A stretch of DNA of 64,000 nucleotides from Polyangiaceae bacterium (GCA_044376115.1 JBILLK010000006.1:369302-433301), one strand, 5' to 3'. Shown: positions 38,688 through 48,099, counted from the stretch's first letter. Notes: generated from the letters alone by a model not told the origin. Numbers and translations: made by a program.

Positions 38688-39743
38688 ATGTCGATGATCA
38701 AGATGCTGAATCCGTTGGCCGCTGTTTGGTTGTGCTCGGTGATTTCGCTGGCTGCTGGGTGTGAGAGCGAGACGGGAACGGGAGGCGGAGGCGCAGGGGC
38801 AGCCGGCGGCTCCGGCGGCGAAGGTGGCAGCGGGGAAGGGGGCGCGCAGGCGGAGCAGGGCACTCGGATGTTTGTGCTCAGTCTGAATTCCGGCGTCGCG
38901 AGCTTCAGCAACGCCGAAGAGGCGAACGGCTCCGTCGCTTCCAAGACCTTGCTCAACGCAGGCCCGGACAGCGGCATGTACGGTCCGCGCGATCTCGAGC
39001 TGGACGCCGCCGGTACGCTGTACGTCGCCTCGGAGAACGACGGTTCGGTGGTGATGTACGAGCAGGCCGAACAGGCCAGCGGTATGGTCACGCCGTCGCG
39101 TCGGCTGGCCGGCGCATCGACCGGCGTAGTGGCACCGATCGCCCTCGCGATCGACCGCAGCTCCGACGAACTCTACGTCGTGAACAGCGGCTCGATCGGT
39201 TCGGTGGATACGCGTATCCGCGTGTTCGCGAAGGGCTCGACGTTGGATGGCGAGGTCGCGCCGGCGCGCACGATCGAACCGGAGGTGGAGGGCTTCGCGC
39301 CGATCGGCCTCACCTTCGCGGGCGGCGCGCTCTACGCCGTGACGCAGACCACCAACTCGACGGCCGTGCTGGTGTTCGAGGACGTGGCCTCGGCCGATGG
39401 CCTGGTTGCGCCGAGCCGCACCGTGACGCACCCGGACTTCGGCAGCGCTGCAGCGGTGCACGTGACGGCGGAGGGCAAGCTCGTGGTGGTGGATGAAGCG
39501 GCCAGCGTGTTCGTTTTCAACGCTGGCGAAGCCGAGCCCAGCCTGGTGTTCGAGATCGAGGGCGCGAGCGCGCTCAACGCAGCCCACGGCCTCGAGAATG
39601 GCGCCTTGCTCTTCAGTGATCGCTCGCAGAACCGCGTGTTTGCGCTCGATGAAGGCCTTCCCACCGCTGCAGGGCCGATCGCCCCGTCACGTACGATCGA
39701 GAGCGAAGACATCTTGTTGCCGGGGGCTCTCGGCTCGAACTGA
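38688..39743 (+). CDS. Beta-propeller (NHL-like) lipoprotein
   Basis: Lipobox AAGC; repeated GxVAPSRTI / LYV blades. Confidence 0.75.
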   Translation: MSMIKMLNPLAAVWLCSVISLAAGCESETGTGGGGAGAAGGSGGEGGSGEGGAQAEQGTRMFVLSLNSGVASFSNAEEANGSVASKTLLNAGPDSGMYGPRDLELDAAGTLYVASENDGSVVMYEQAEQASGMVTPSRRLAGASTGVVAPIALAIDRSSDELYVVNSGSIGSVDTRIRVFAKGSTLDGEVAPARTIEPEVEGFAPIGLTFAGGALYAVTQTTNSTAVLVFEDVASADGLVAPSRTVTHPDFGSAAAVHVTAEGKLVVVDEAASVFVFNAGEAEPSLVFEIEGASALNAAHGLENGALLFSDRSQNRVFALDEGLPTAAGPIAPSRTIESEDILLPGALGSN

Positions 39744-40430
39744 GCGCTGCTGCTGGCGTCGAATCAGCCATTCGGCGACGCCAGCGTTGAGCAGCCACCC
39801 CGCGCCCATCGCGGTGGCGTAGGAAGCCTCTGTATCCACGCCGAGGCCGAAGGTCACCGGGATCAACACGAGCGCCTGCGTTCCAGCGGCGATGCCCAGC
39901 GCATAAGCGCGCTTCATCCAGGCGCCGTGGCCGACGAAGTCACGGCGCAGCAGCGCGACCACGCCGGCCGCAAGGAAGGCCGCCATCGTGCTGCCCACCA
40001 CCAGGCGCATCACGTTGAGGGTCGTCCCAACGCCGGGCGCCGGCGGGAAGAACAACGCCATCCAGACCCCGGCCAGCGCCGCGACGATGCCGAGTGGCAC
40101 GCTGCTCCAGCCGCTCACGCGGTGAAGTTGCGGTGCTCGGCGGCGTAGCCCAGGGGAGAACTGCAACGCGCCCGCTAGCGTGAAGCCGGTGGCCCCAACG
40201 ATGTGAAGCAGGATTGGTAGTGGCTGATCGTGAAAGCGTTGTTCGGGCGGCATCGGGCTGGGCGCGCCGCTCAGCTCGAGCACGCGCATGACGCCGGAGA
40301 GCACCGGGATGGCGCCCAATGCGAGCAGGCCCAACGGGATCAGCCAATCGCTCGACGAAGAGGCACGCTGCCGGGGGAGGGGACGGGAGGTTGCGTTCGG
40401 GGGACGTTGCATGCCGAGCACCATCGCCAC
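39687..40430 (-). CDS. DUF2306 family membrane protein
   Basis: LHIVGA..GALQFSPGLRRR..LHR..G, HGAWMKRAYA..GTQ, WLLNAGVAEW. Start is uncertain (40412-40430). Confidence 0.8.
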   Translation of the reverse strand: MAMVLGMQRPPNATSRPLPRQRASSSSDWLIPLGLLALGAIPVLSGVMRVLELSGAPSPMPPEQRFHDQPLPILLHIVGATGFTLAGALQFSPGLRRRAPQLHRVSGWSSVPLGIVAALAGVWMALFFPPAPGVGTTLNVMRLVVGSTMAAFLAAGVVALLRRDFVGHGAWMKRAYALGIAAGTQALVLIPVTFGLGVDTEASYATAMGAGWLLNAGVAEWLIRRQQQRSVRAESPRQQDVFALDRT

Positions 40431-40447
40431 CTTGGGCCTCTGCGCCT

Positions 40448-40483
40448 ATGGCCCGAAAGTGCCGTTTTGTATCGGCCAAAAGG
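40448..40483. promoter_or_regulatory. Paired imperfect direct repeats (ATGGCCCGAAAGT / ATCGGCCAAAAGG, 23 nt apart), candidate NarL-family operator
   Basis: A near-identical motif ATCGGCCGAAAGG lies at 58493-58505, upstream of the HisKA_3/NarL pair. Confidence 0.4.
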
Positions 40484-40500
40484 CTGAGACCCTCACGCGG

Positions 40501-42549
40501 CTAGCCTGTCAGCGCTGAGAGCTCGCGATCGAAAAGAGCCCGCAGCGCGCGTACGAAACCATCAGCATCGCCCAACGGGCCCTGCAGCAGACGGTCTCGT
40601 TGGGCTGGGCGCTCGGCGGCGAGTTGCTCACGTTGGCTCATGGCTTGAACGGCCTTGCTTACGTACGCCTGCTTGCTGGCGACGGCGTAGTCGGCGAGGC
40701 CCACAGCCGTGAGCAGGCTGCGTCCAACCCTGGAGGCCGGCTGTTCGCCGAAGAGCGAAACCACCGGTACACCCATCAGCAGCGAATCGCAGGTGCTGGT
40801 GGTACCGGCGTACGGAAACGTATCCAGCGTGAGATCCACCTGCCGATAGTCCGAAAGCGCGTGCTGGTAGCTGGGCGACCAATCGCGCAGTTCGACGCGC
40901 TGTTCAACGCCGCATTCGGCCAAACGCCGGAGCACACGCTCGCGCACCAGCGGGTCCTGGGTACCTCGCGCTTTGAGCAGGAGCTTTGCGTCCGGCACCG
41001 CTTGCAACACTGCGGCGAATAGCTCGAGCTGCGTATCCGACCATTTGCATACGCGATTGAAGCAACCGAAGGTGGGTGGCCCGTCCACCCGCGCGAGTTC
41101 GGGCAACGGGCCCTGCGGTTGATAGACCCACGCACAACGCCCGAGGTAGCTCAGCCGTTCGCTGAAGTTGGCTTGCGTCTCCGGTGGATCACACTGCTCA
41201 TCGCTGATGCGCAGGTCGATCGTCGCGAGGCCGGTGGTGCTCGGATAGCCGAGGTAGCTGGCCGTCAGCGGTGCCACGCGCTCGGCGAGGAGCTCCAAGC
41301 CGCCGAGCGATGAGTGCCCGACGAGATCGACCACCACGTCGAGTTCGAGCTCGCGGATCTGAGCCCGCGCAGCCGAGAGCGAGAGTCCGGTCAGTTCGCT
41401 GAACGCGAAGCGGCTGCGCAGCTCACGAGCCACCCGGTCGTCGTAATGGGCCGTGGAAAGCAGGTGCGGCGTCATGCCATGCGCCGCGTGCAGCTCGAGC
41501 AAAGGGCCAAGAAAGCGAAGCACTACGTGCTCGCGAAAATCAGGCGATAGATAGCCGATTCGGAGCGGCCGACCGGAGCGCGGCGCTACCTTCGGCCGAG
41601 CCGATGCCACGCCCCCGAGCGTACTGGCCCAGGCCTCATGCTCGGCTCGCAGCTCGGCTGCGGAGACTCGATCGTGATGCGAAAGGTAGAACAACAGCGA
41701 TTGCTGGACACGCTGGAGGTTTGCGGTGCCCGCTGCCAACAAGCCGCGGCCGATCGCGACGGCCTCTCCGACTGCACCTGCATAAAAGTGCGTCTGCGCT
41801 CGAGCCTCGGCTAGTTCCGCAGGCTCGGCTCCGCGAAGCTCCGCACCGACGACCTCGAGCGCGCGGCTCAACTCATAGCGTTCGGTGTGGCAGATCCCGA
41901 GCCGAACGCGGGCTTCGCGCGCGGGGCTGGTATCTGCGCCGCTGTCGCGGGCAACCACCTGCGTGAGAAACCTGCTCGCACGCTCCCACTGCTCCAGATC
42001 GAAGTGCGCGGCGCCCAGCGCGCGCAAGCTGCGTAGCTCTGCGTTCGCGCCCTCCGGCTCGAGCGACGGAAACAGCGCCAAGACATCGCGAGGCCGGCTT
42101 TGGTTGAGCAAGAGCTGGGCGAGCGCGAGCCGGGTCTCGAGATCGCCCGGGACGCGTTCGAGCGCCTCGCGCAAGAGCTGCAACGCCTCTTCGCCCTGGT
42201 CCAACTTCGCTAGCGTGAGGGCGAGCCCGCGAGTGGCGCGCAGGTTGTGCCGGTCGAGCGCGAGCACCTCACGATAGCGTTGGGCTGCGCCAACAAAATC
42301 TCCAGCGTTGAAGGCCAGCTGACCGAGGTTCGCGATCAGCCGCGTGTCCTCGGGGCTGAGCGCGAGGCCGGCCTCGAAGTCGGCCCGCGCCGAGGCTGAA
42401 TCGCCGTTCAAAAGGTGCGCCCGGCCGCGCAGCCGGAAGAGGTCGCTCGCAGGGCCGCGGGCGAGGGCCGCGTTGCATTGGGCCAGCGCCTCGCTTGCGT
42501 CTCCCGCGCGCAGCAGCGTTTCGATCTGGGCGAGCAAGGCCTCGGTCAT
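40501..42549 (-). CDS. TPR-containing O-GlcNAc transferase-like protein (GT41/SPINDLY family)
   Basis: N-terminal TPRs; LRIGYLSPDFREH, VDLVGH, YLGYPSTTG, FGCFNR, LDTFPYAGTTSTCDSLLMGVPVV. Confidence 0.9.
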   Translation of the reverse strand: MTEALLAQIETLLRAGDASEALAQCNAALARGPASDLFRLRGRAHLLNGDSASARADFEAGLALSPEDTRLIANLGQLAFNAGDFVGAAQRYREVLALDRHNLRATRGLALTLAKLDQGEEALQLLREALERVPGDLETRLALAQLLLNQSRPRDVLALFPSLEPEGANAELRSLRALGAAHFDLEQWERASRFLTQVVARDSGADTSPAREARVRLGICHTERYELSRALEVVGAELRGAEPAELAEARAQTHFYAGAVGEAVAIGRGLLAAGTANLQRVQQSLLFYLSHHDRVSAAELRAEHEAWASTLGGVASARPKVAPRSGRPLRIGYLSPDFREHVVLRFLGPLLELHAAHGMTPHLLSTAHYDDRVARELRSRFAFSELTGLSLSAARAQIRELELDVVVDLVGHSSLGGLELLAERVAPLTASYLGYPSTTGLATIDLRISDEQCDPPETQANFSERLSYLGRCAWVYQPQGPLPELARVDGPPTFGCFNRVCKWSDTQLELFAAVLQAVPDAKLLLKARGTQDPLVRERVLRRLAECGVEQRVELRDWSPSYQHALSDYRQVDLTLDTFPYAGTTSTCDSLLMGVPVVSLFGEQPASRVGRSLLTAVGLADYAVASKQAYVSKAVQAMSQREQLAAERPAQRDRLLQGPLGDADGFVRALRALFDRELSALTG

Positions 42550-42561
42550 CGCGACAAACGC

Positions 42562-43032
42562 TTACTGCGCGAGCGCCTCTTCGATCGAGCGGAGCAACTC
42601 GGTGTTGGTGGGCTTGGTCGAGCTGGGGAAGGCCTTCACCACTTTGCCTTGGCGATCGACGAGGTACTTGTGGAAGTTCCACTGCGGCTCGCCGGCCCAA
42701 GCCGATAGGAACTTGTACAGCGGTGAAGCGTGTTGGCCCTTGGTCACGACCTTCTCGAACAGCGGGAACGAGACGTTGTATTTCGTCTCACAGAAGGTCG
42801 CGATCTGCTCGGAGCTGCCCGGCTCTTGTTCGCCAAAGTCATTGCTCGGAAAGCCCAATACCACCACGTCGCGCTCGCGGTTCTGTTGCCACAGCTCCTC
42901 GAGCCCTTGGTATTGCGGCGTGTAACCGCAGGCGCTCGCCGTGTTGACGATCAGAACGACTTTGCCCGCGTAGACGCTGAGCGACTCCGGCGTGCCGTTC
43001 AAGCGATTCATCGTTAGTTCGTGAATGGTCAT
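42562..43032 (-). CDS. Glutathione peroxidase (Cys-type)
   Basis: GKVVLIVNTASACGYTPQY, GFPSNDFGEQEPG, WNFHKYLV. Confidence 0.93.
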   Translation of the reverse strand: MTIHELTMNRLNGTPESLSVYAGKVVLIVNTASACGYTPQYQGLEELWQQNRERDVVVLGFPSNDFGEQEPGSSEQIATFCETKYNVSFPLFEKVVTKGQHASPLYKFLSAWAGEPQWNFHKYLVDRQGKVVKAFPSSTKPTNTELLRSIEEALAQ

Positions 43033-43109
43033 GCTCTCTCCGCTGCAAGGACGGCGTCAGGGCTGGGAAAGCCAAACGGCGCTCATGATTGCAGTACACT
43101 ACTTTGCCC

Positions 43110-44156
43110 ATGGACGTCGCGCTGGTGCTTACCCACGCCTGCAATCTTGCGTGCAGCTACTGCTTCGCGGGAGAGAAGAAGCGCGTGCGGATGCCGCTCG
43201 AGCTGGCTGAACGTGCTCTCGATTTTGCTTTTGTGCAGGCCAGCACACAGGCGTCCCCGGCTCTCACCATCGAGTTTTTCGGAGGCGAGCCGCTGCTCGA
43301 ATGGGAGCTCGTGCGCAACCTGGCCGCGCAGGCACGGGCGCGCGCTGAGGCCGAGCATCGGCCGCTCGCGTTGCAGCTCACCACCAACGGCACGCTGCTC
43401 GACGCCGAGCGGCTCGCGGTGTTGCAAGAGCTACGCGTGCAGCTCGCGCTCAGCCTCGACGGCAGCGCCGCCGCGCATGATCGAGGACGGCCGCTCGCTG
43501 GCGGTGGCTCCTCGTCGCCGGCGGTCTTTCGCGCACTTTCGCTGCTGCTCGAAGCGGAGCAACCGTTCGACGTGATCAGCGTGGTGACGCCGGAGAACGT
43601 TTCGGAGCTCAGCCTGGGTGTGCGTGACTTGCTCGATCGCGGGGTGTCGCGGCTGACGCTCAATCCGCATTTCGGCGGGGATTGGACGGCGGAGAAGCGC
43701 TTGCTGGCGGAGCAGCAGTATGAAGCCGTTGCGGCGCTGGTCCTGGCCTGGTTTCGCAGGGGGCGCGCTGTCGTGGTGCAGCCGTTCGACTCGGCGATCC
43801 TCACGCTCGCGAGCGGCGCTGTAGCGAGCTGCGCAGCCGGAGAACGAAGCTTCGCGGTGGCACCCTCGGGGCGCATCTACGGCTGTGCTCGTTCGGTGGG
43901 CGAGGACACAGGCGCACGGGCGATTGGCGATCTCGAACGAGGGGTGCGCGGCTGCTCGCAACGTACTTCCGCGTGCGCCTGCGCCTGCGCCGAAGAGACC
44001 GGCGATGCCGAGTTGGTAGGGCCGGTGCAAGCGTGGCATTCGGCGCTGGTAGCGGGCCTCGCGGCGCGCATCGTGCGAGCGCTCAGGCTCGACGCGGAGG
44101 GTGAAGCCTTCTACGGTGCTACCTTCCTTCCGAAAGCGAGCAGGTCGTCCGCATGA
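43110..44156 (+). CDS. Radical SAM protein with a shortened SPASM/twitch-like C-terminus
   Basis: CNLACSYC, FFGGEPLL, TTNGTLL, LSLDG; C-terminal C..G-x4-C and CSQRTSACACAC. Confidence 0.88.
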   Translation: MDVALVLTHACNLACSYCFAGEKKRVRMPLELAERALDFAFVQASTQASPALTIEFFGGEPLLEWELVRNLAAQARARAEAEHRPLALQLTTNGTLLDAERLAVLQELRVQLALSLDGSAAAHDRGRPLAGGGSSSPAVFRALSLLLEAEQPFDVISVVTPENVSELSLGVRDLLDRGVSRLTLNPHFGGDWTAEKRLLAEQQYEAVAALVLAWFRRGRAVVVQPFDSAILTLASGAVASCAAGERSFAVAPSGRIYGCARSVGEDTGARAIGDLERGVRGCSQRTSACACACAEETGDAELVGPVQAWHSALVAGLAARIVRALRLDAEGEAFYGATFLPKASRSSA

Positions 44157-44599
44157 GCATGAGCAAGCGTTTTCTCCCCGTCGTGCTCGGTGTTTCCAGC
44201 CTCGCCGGCTGCTCCGATTCGGCGAAAAAGACCGACGACGTGGCCAGCTCGAGCGCGAAGTCGGGCGGCTCGGCGAAGGCCAGCTCTTCGGTGACCTCGC
44301 CGAATACGCAACCCAGCGTGCTCAAGCGCACCGACCCAATCCCGGAACGGCTCGGTGGAGCGGCGATGCCGGTACCGCGACCGCAGCCCTCGCTCTCGGT
44401 GGCGCCGCCGGCTCCTGCTCCTGCTCGTGCGAACGGCGCCGCTGCCGCTGAGGCGGCTGCACCCGGGGCCGCAGCTGCGCCCGCGCCCGCCGCGCCCGCC
44501 GCGGTAACCGAGCTCGCGCTGGTGCATAACCACCCCAAAGACCAGCCTTGTCAGCCGCTGTCCGAGGCTGAGATCAAGCGCGCTTTCGGCGATCTTTAG
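44153..44599 (+). CDS. Small Ala/Pro/Ser-rich lipoprotein translationally coupled to the radical SAM gene
   Basis: ATGA overlap with the rSAM stop; lipobox LAGC; islands PERLGGAAMP and HNHPKDQPC...FGDL. Confidence 0.7.
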   Translation: MSMSKRFLPVVLGVSSLAGCSDSAKKTDDVASSSAKSGGSAKASSSVTSPNTQPSVLKRTDPIPERLGGAAMPVPRPQPSLSVAPPAPAPARANGAAAAEAAAPGAAAAPAPAAPAAVTELALVHNHPKDQPCQPLSEAEIKRAFGDL

Positions 44600-44635
44600 C
44601 AACAACGGGCTGCGACGCCGACGTATCGTCGGCGC

Positions 44636-45595
44636 ATGAAGTTCAGCGTTGGTGCTCTCGCCTTGCCGACCGTGATCTTGCTCGCTTGCGGCGGTGAAAA
44701 TTCGAGTTCGTCCTCGTCGTCAGCGAAGTCGTCCGCGGCGCCCGCCGCCTCGAGCGCTGCGGCCAAGCCGCAAGCCGCTCCTAATCCGCAAAGCAAGCTG
44801 GTGGCGACGTTGGATGGCAAGCCGGTCTCGATGGTGACCGCGCTCGCCTTTCCGGAGTCGGGGGGGCGCACGACGATCGAGGTCTCGTCGGTTCCGCTTT
44901 CATGCGCTGACTATTCCGGGAATGGCCGCATGTTGGCCAAGGACGAGGTCAACTTCAGTTTCAGCGTTGGCGAGTTCCTTCACGACGACGGCAAGTTTGG
45001 TCCAGCGCTGCGCTCTTCCTACTTCAGCGGGATGAACCAAATGTTGACGACCCCGGTGAAGAGCTCAGGCTCTACGGCGGAGGGCGGGACCTTCTCGGTC
45101 GAGCTGGACTTCAGTACGCAATCGGTGGGCGATAACAAGCAGACGCTGGCGGTCAAGGGCACGGTCGAGGCCAAGGCTTGTCCGGCAAAGAAGGTAACGG
45201 GCGAGCCGCCGAAGTTGCCCGCGGCGATGCCTGCGACGCTCGAGATCGGCGGTAAGAGTCTGCCGATTCGCTCGGCCGGAATCGAGAAGGACGGGGACCG
45301 TATCAAGCTCATCCTCTCGACCGGTGGGGATGCCTGCCCGAAGGCCAGCAACGTGGTGCGCGGCGAGCTGACCAGCACGGTCATCTTCGAGGCCAACGAG
45401 GAGGCGAAGCTCCGGGAGCTACGCATCTGGGGCGAGATCGCGCCACAAGCGCTCGACCAAACGGTGGACGCGAAGAAGGTGGTGGTGACGCCGAAGCTTG
45501 CCGGCGCTGGTAGCTATGAGCTCGCGATCGACGAAGAGGTGGTCAAGTTCAACGTGAAGGCGAAGGGTAAAGTGGAAGCGGTGCTTTGTGAGTAA
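44636..45595 (+). CDS. Hypothetical lipoprotein with two tandem beta-rich repeats
   Basis: Lipobox LLAC; ATLDGKPV...KGTVEAKAC and ATLEIGGKSL...KGKVEAVLC. Confidence 0.75.
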   Translation: MKFSVGALALPTVILLACGGENSSSSSSSAKSSAAPAASSAAAKPQAAPNPQSKLVATLDGKPVSMVTALAFPESGGRTTIEVSSVPLSCADYSGNGRMLAKDEVNFSFSVGEFLHDDGKFGPALRSSYFSGMNQMLTTPVKSSGSTAEGGTFSVELDFSTQSVGDNKQTLAVKGTVEAKACPAKKVTGEPPKLPAAMPATLEIGGKSLPIRSAGIEKDGDRIKLILSTGGDACPKASNVVRGELTSTVIFEANEEAKLRELRIWGEIAPQALDQTVDAKKVVVTPKLAGAGSYELAIDEEVVKFNVKAKGKVEAVLCE

Positions 45596-45652
45596 GCCGT
45601 AGTTGGCGCGGCTCCTGCAGACCGCTGCTTGTCCCCTCAAGGAGTCCTTCCC

Positions 45653-46900
45653 ATGTCCAGCCTCGTTCGTCCGCTTTGGTTCGTCGCTTCGCTCGCTACG
45701 TTCGGCCTTAACGCGGCCTGCGGAGATTCCGCGGGTTCGGGCGGTTCGGGTGGCGACGGAGGCTCGGGCGGGGAGGGCGGCTCCGGCGGTGGGCAAGCGC
45801 AGTCGCTGGGGATCAACGAGGTTTCGGTGCTGTTTCCGCTGCCCGAGCAGCCGGATTCAACGGCGGTGCTTCGGCTTTCGAGCGAGGCGCTCGGTGGCCC
45901 GCTGCTTTCGGAAGAGCGGTTTGCGAACATCCCGGTCTTCGCCGACCCCAGCGATCAGACCGGCTACGACAATTGGATCATCGTCGCGGCACGAATCGAC
46001 CCATGCTTCCCGGCGCTCGAGTTGATGAGCACCGATCCGGCCAAGTGCCGGCGGCAGATCCGTCTGATCGCCCAGCCGATCACGGTCGAGACGGTGGTCA
46101 ATGAGACCCGCGCGCGGGACCACGGCATCCACCTCTTGTTCGACCTTTCGGAAGCTGAGTTCGCTGCGGCGCTCGCCGATTGGCGTGCGCTCGGCGCGGC
46201 CAACGCGGCAGCTTCGGATGCGCCGCTGGGCGTGAACCCAACCATGGTCGAGCAAGGGCTCGAGGGCGAGTTCGCCACGGCCTTCCGCGCGCTTCTGGTC
46301 GAACACGTTGGCCCGGATCGGCTATCGCAGCTGACCTTCATGCAAGGCCGCGGCGTGGCGTGGGAGTTCGGCGGCTTCATGGTCGAGGGCGGCGCCTTTA
46401 CGCCGATTCAGATCCACGGGATCGACCCGAACGCAGAAGGCGAGGGGCTGGCACAGACCTTCGGCACGCTCTCGAGTTCAGCGCCGTTCAACGTGACGCC
46501 GCCGTCGCTCGAGAGCGATGGGCTGATGGCGCTCTCCGGCGAGATCGACGGGAAATTCGGCCCGCTGGTGCTGACCGCGAGCGACGCCGAGATCGACCAG
46601 GCGTTGCAGCTTTCGCTCGACGTCGAGCACCCGGCCAAGTTCAACCCCGATACGCTTGATTGTGCGACTTGCCACTTTGCCGGTCGCGCTCGCGAACGAG
46701 CCGCAACGCTCGGTCATCCAAGCGACGGAATGGCGCGCTACGAGAACGAGGCGTTCAACCTGGAGCTCGCCATCGAGCCGATTGATCGCGAGAGCCCGAC
46801 CAGCCAGCGCGCCTTCGGTTGGCTCGATCGCCGTCCGGTTTTCAATCACCGCGTGGTCAACGAGAGCGCCGCCATCGCCGAGGCACTCAACGCGCTTTGA
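45653..46900 (+). CDS. Lipoprotein with a C-terminal CxxCH c-type heme motif
   Basis: AAGGAG RBS, lipobox-like NAAC, Gly linker, DCATCH. Confidence 0.75.
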   Translation: MSSLVRPLWFVASLATFGLNAACGDSAGSGGSGGDGGSGGEGGSGGGQAQSLGINEVSVLFPLPEQPDSTAVLRLSSEALGGPLLSEERFANIPVFADPSDQTGYDNWIIVAARIDPCFPALELMSTDPAKCRRQIRLIAQPITVETVVNETRARDHGIHLLFDLSEAEFAAALADWRALGAANAAASDAPLGVNPTMVEQGLEGEFATAFRALLVEHVGPDRLSQLTFMQGRGVAWEFGGFMVEGGAFTPIQIHGIDPNAEGEGLAQTFGTLSSSAPFNVTPPSLESDGLMALSGEIDGKFGPLVLTASDAEIDQALQLSLDVEHPAKFNPDTLDCATCHFAGRARERAATLGHPSDGMARYENEAFNLELAIEPIDRESPTSQRAFGWLDRRPVFNHRVVNESAAIAEALNAL

Positions 46901-46908
46901 TTTAGCGG

Positions 46909-47316
46909 CTAGGCGCGGCGGAGCAGGGCGCGCGTGGGCGGGACGATACGCGGGCGCACCCGCGTACGCTCGTCATCTTGGAACTGCCGCGCCAGGATCC
47001 GCATGCCTTCGTCGTAGAGGTGCGTGGAGTCGTCGTCCTGCCAGAGCGCCATCAGGCCTTCACTCTCGCGTTCGAGGCTGTCTAGCCGTTCGGTCACGGT
47101 GACCAGCGCGTCCAGGTCTTCGGCGTCGACAAAGGAGAGGGCGTTGCTGGCGGAGCGTAGTGAGGCGGCGAGCTGCTTCGCGCGCGCGCTGGAGGTGGCG
47201 CCGCGTTGGCCGAGCTCGGAGATGGCGGCTCCGCAGCGCTCGAGCCGCGCGACCAAAAGCTCCACGGCCGTTTCGTTCCAGAGCTGGATCGAACCCTCGG
47301 CGTAGGACGCTTTCAC
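46909..47316 (-). CDS. Hypothetical alpha-helical protein
   Basis: 135-aa ORF with typical codon use. Confidence 0.5.
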   Translation of the reverse strand: MKASYAEGSIQLWNETAVELLVARLERCGAAISELGQRGATSSARAKQLAASLRSASNALSFVDAEDLDALVTVTERLDSLERESEGLMALWQDDDSTHLYDEGMRILARQFQDDERTRVRPRIVPPTRALLRRA

Positions 47317-47487
47317 GGAGGCTCTGTTTAGTCGAAGCGATGTGGCAGATGTGTGACAAGACGGAGATTTGTGAGGGGGCGGGAGCGGGCGCGAAAGGGC
47401 GGGAAGGCGCGGTTTCGAGCGAAGGTGGTTCGTCCACGCTCACGAGAACAAGTGCTCGCGCACGACAAACGCGAGGTAGCGGCCCGA

Positions 47488-47681
47488 TTCCCTGAGGGTG
47501 TGCCCTTCGCCCGCGGGCAGCCTGTCGTTTCATTTCGCAAGCCGCTGGTGCCCACAACCCAAGGTGGGGCCGCTGCTAGTTCCAAATCTTCGGGCCTTGC
47601 CTCGGTCGAGCGTCCCAACGTGGTTGGCGATTCAGTAAACCTGCTCGGTCAAGTCATCGTTCTCGGCGAGTCCCTGGGGTC
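47488..47681. ncRNA. Candidate structured non-coding RNA (~190 nt, 6S-like size; identity unresolved)
   Basis: No convincing ORF. The ends are complementary (CCCTGAGGG / CCCTGGGG; TCGCC / GGCGA), with internal hairpins CCCAC..GTGGG and CCAAC..GTTGG. Confidence 0.3.
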
Positions 47682-48099
47682 AGGTCATTGTAGCGACGGT
47701 GCCCGCGACGAGGGCGCCGAGCACTGTCCCGAGTAGCGCCACCGGGTAGGTGCTGAAGGGGTAAACGGTCCAGGTCAATCCGACCGTGAGACAACCTCCC
47801 GCCAGCGCGCCGGACAGCGCGACGCCCCACATTGGACCGCCCGCTTCGGGGAGGGACACTCCGGCGAACGCGACGACCCCGAAGATCCCTAGGGCAACGG
47901 CGAGGCCCGTCGCGACGGCCTGCATACTCACCTCGTTCGGATGAAGAACATCATCGTCGGACGAATCGAAGGGAACGCCCTCGGACCTCAGCAGGGCGCG
48001 GAGCGGGAGAAGTAGGACCTGGGACACGACAATGCTCGCCGGGTGGGCCGCGAGCCCTCCGAGGAAGGCTGCGGCGACGGCGATGAGGACGCGAGCCAT
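47680..48099 (-). CDS. Hypothetical multi-pass membrane protein
   Basis: About four hydrophobic segments. Confidence 0.6.
   Translation of the reverse strand: MARVLIAVAAAFLGGLAAHPASIVVSQVLLLPLRALLRSEGVPFDSSDDDVLHPNEVSMQAVATGLAVALGIFGVVAFAGVSLPEAGGPMWGVALSGALAGGCLTVGLTWTVYPFSTYPVALLGTVLGALVAGTVATMT

Noticed and set aside
47590..47640. c-di-GMP-I riboswitch or hammerhead ribozyme in the candidate RNA
   Set aside because: The minus strand has GGGACGC and GAAAC fragments but lacks GCAAAGCC and the CUGANGA core.
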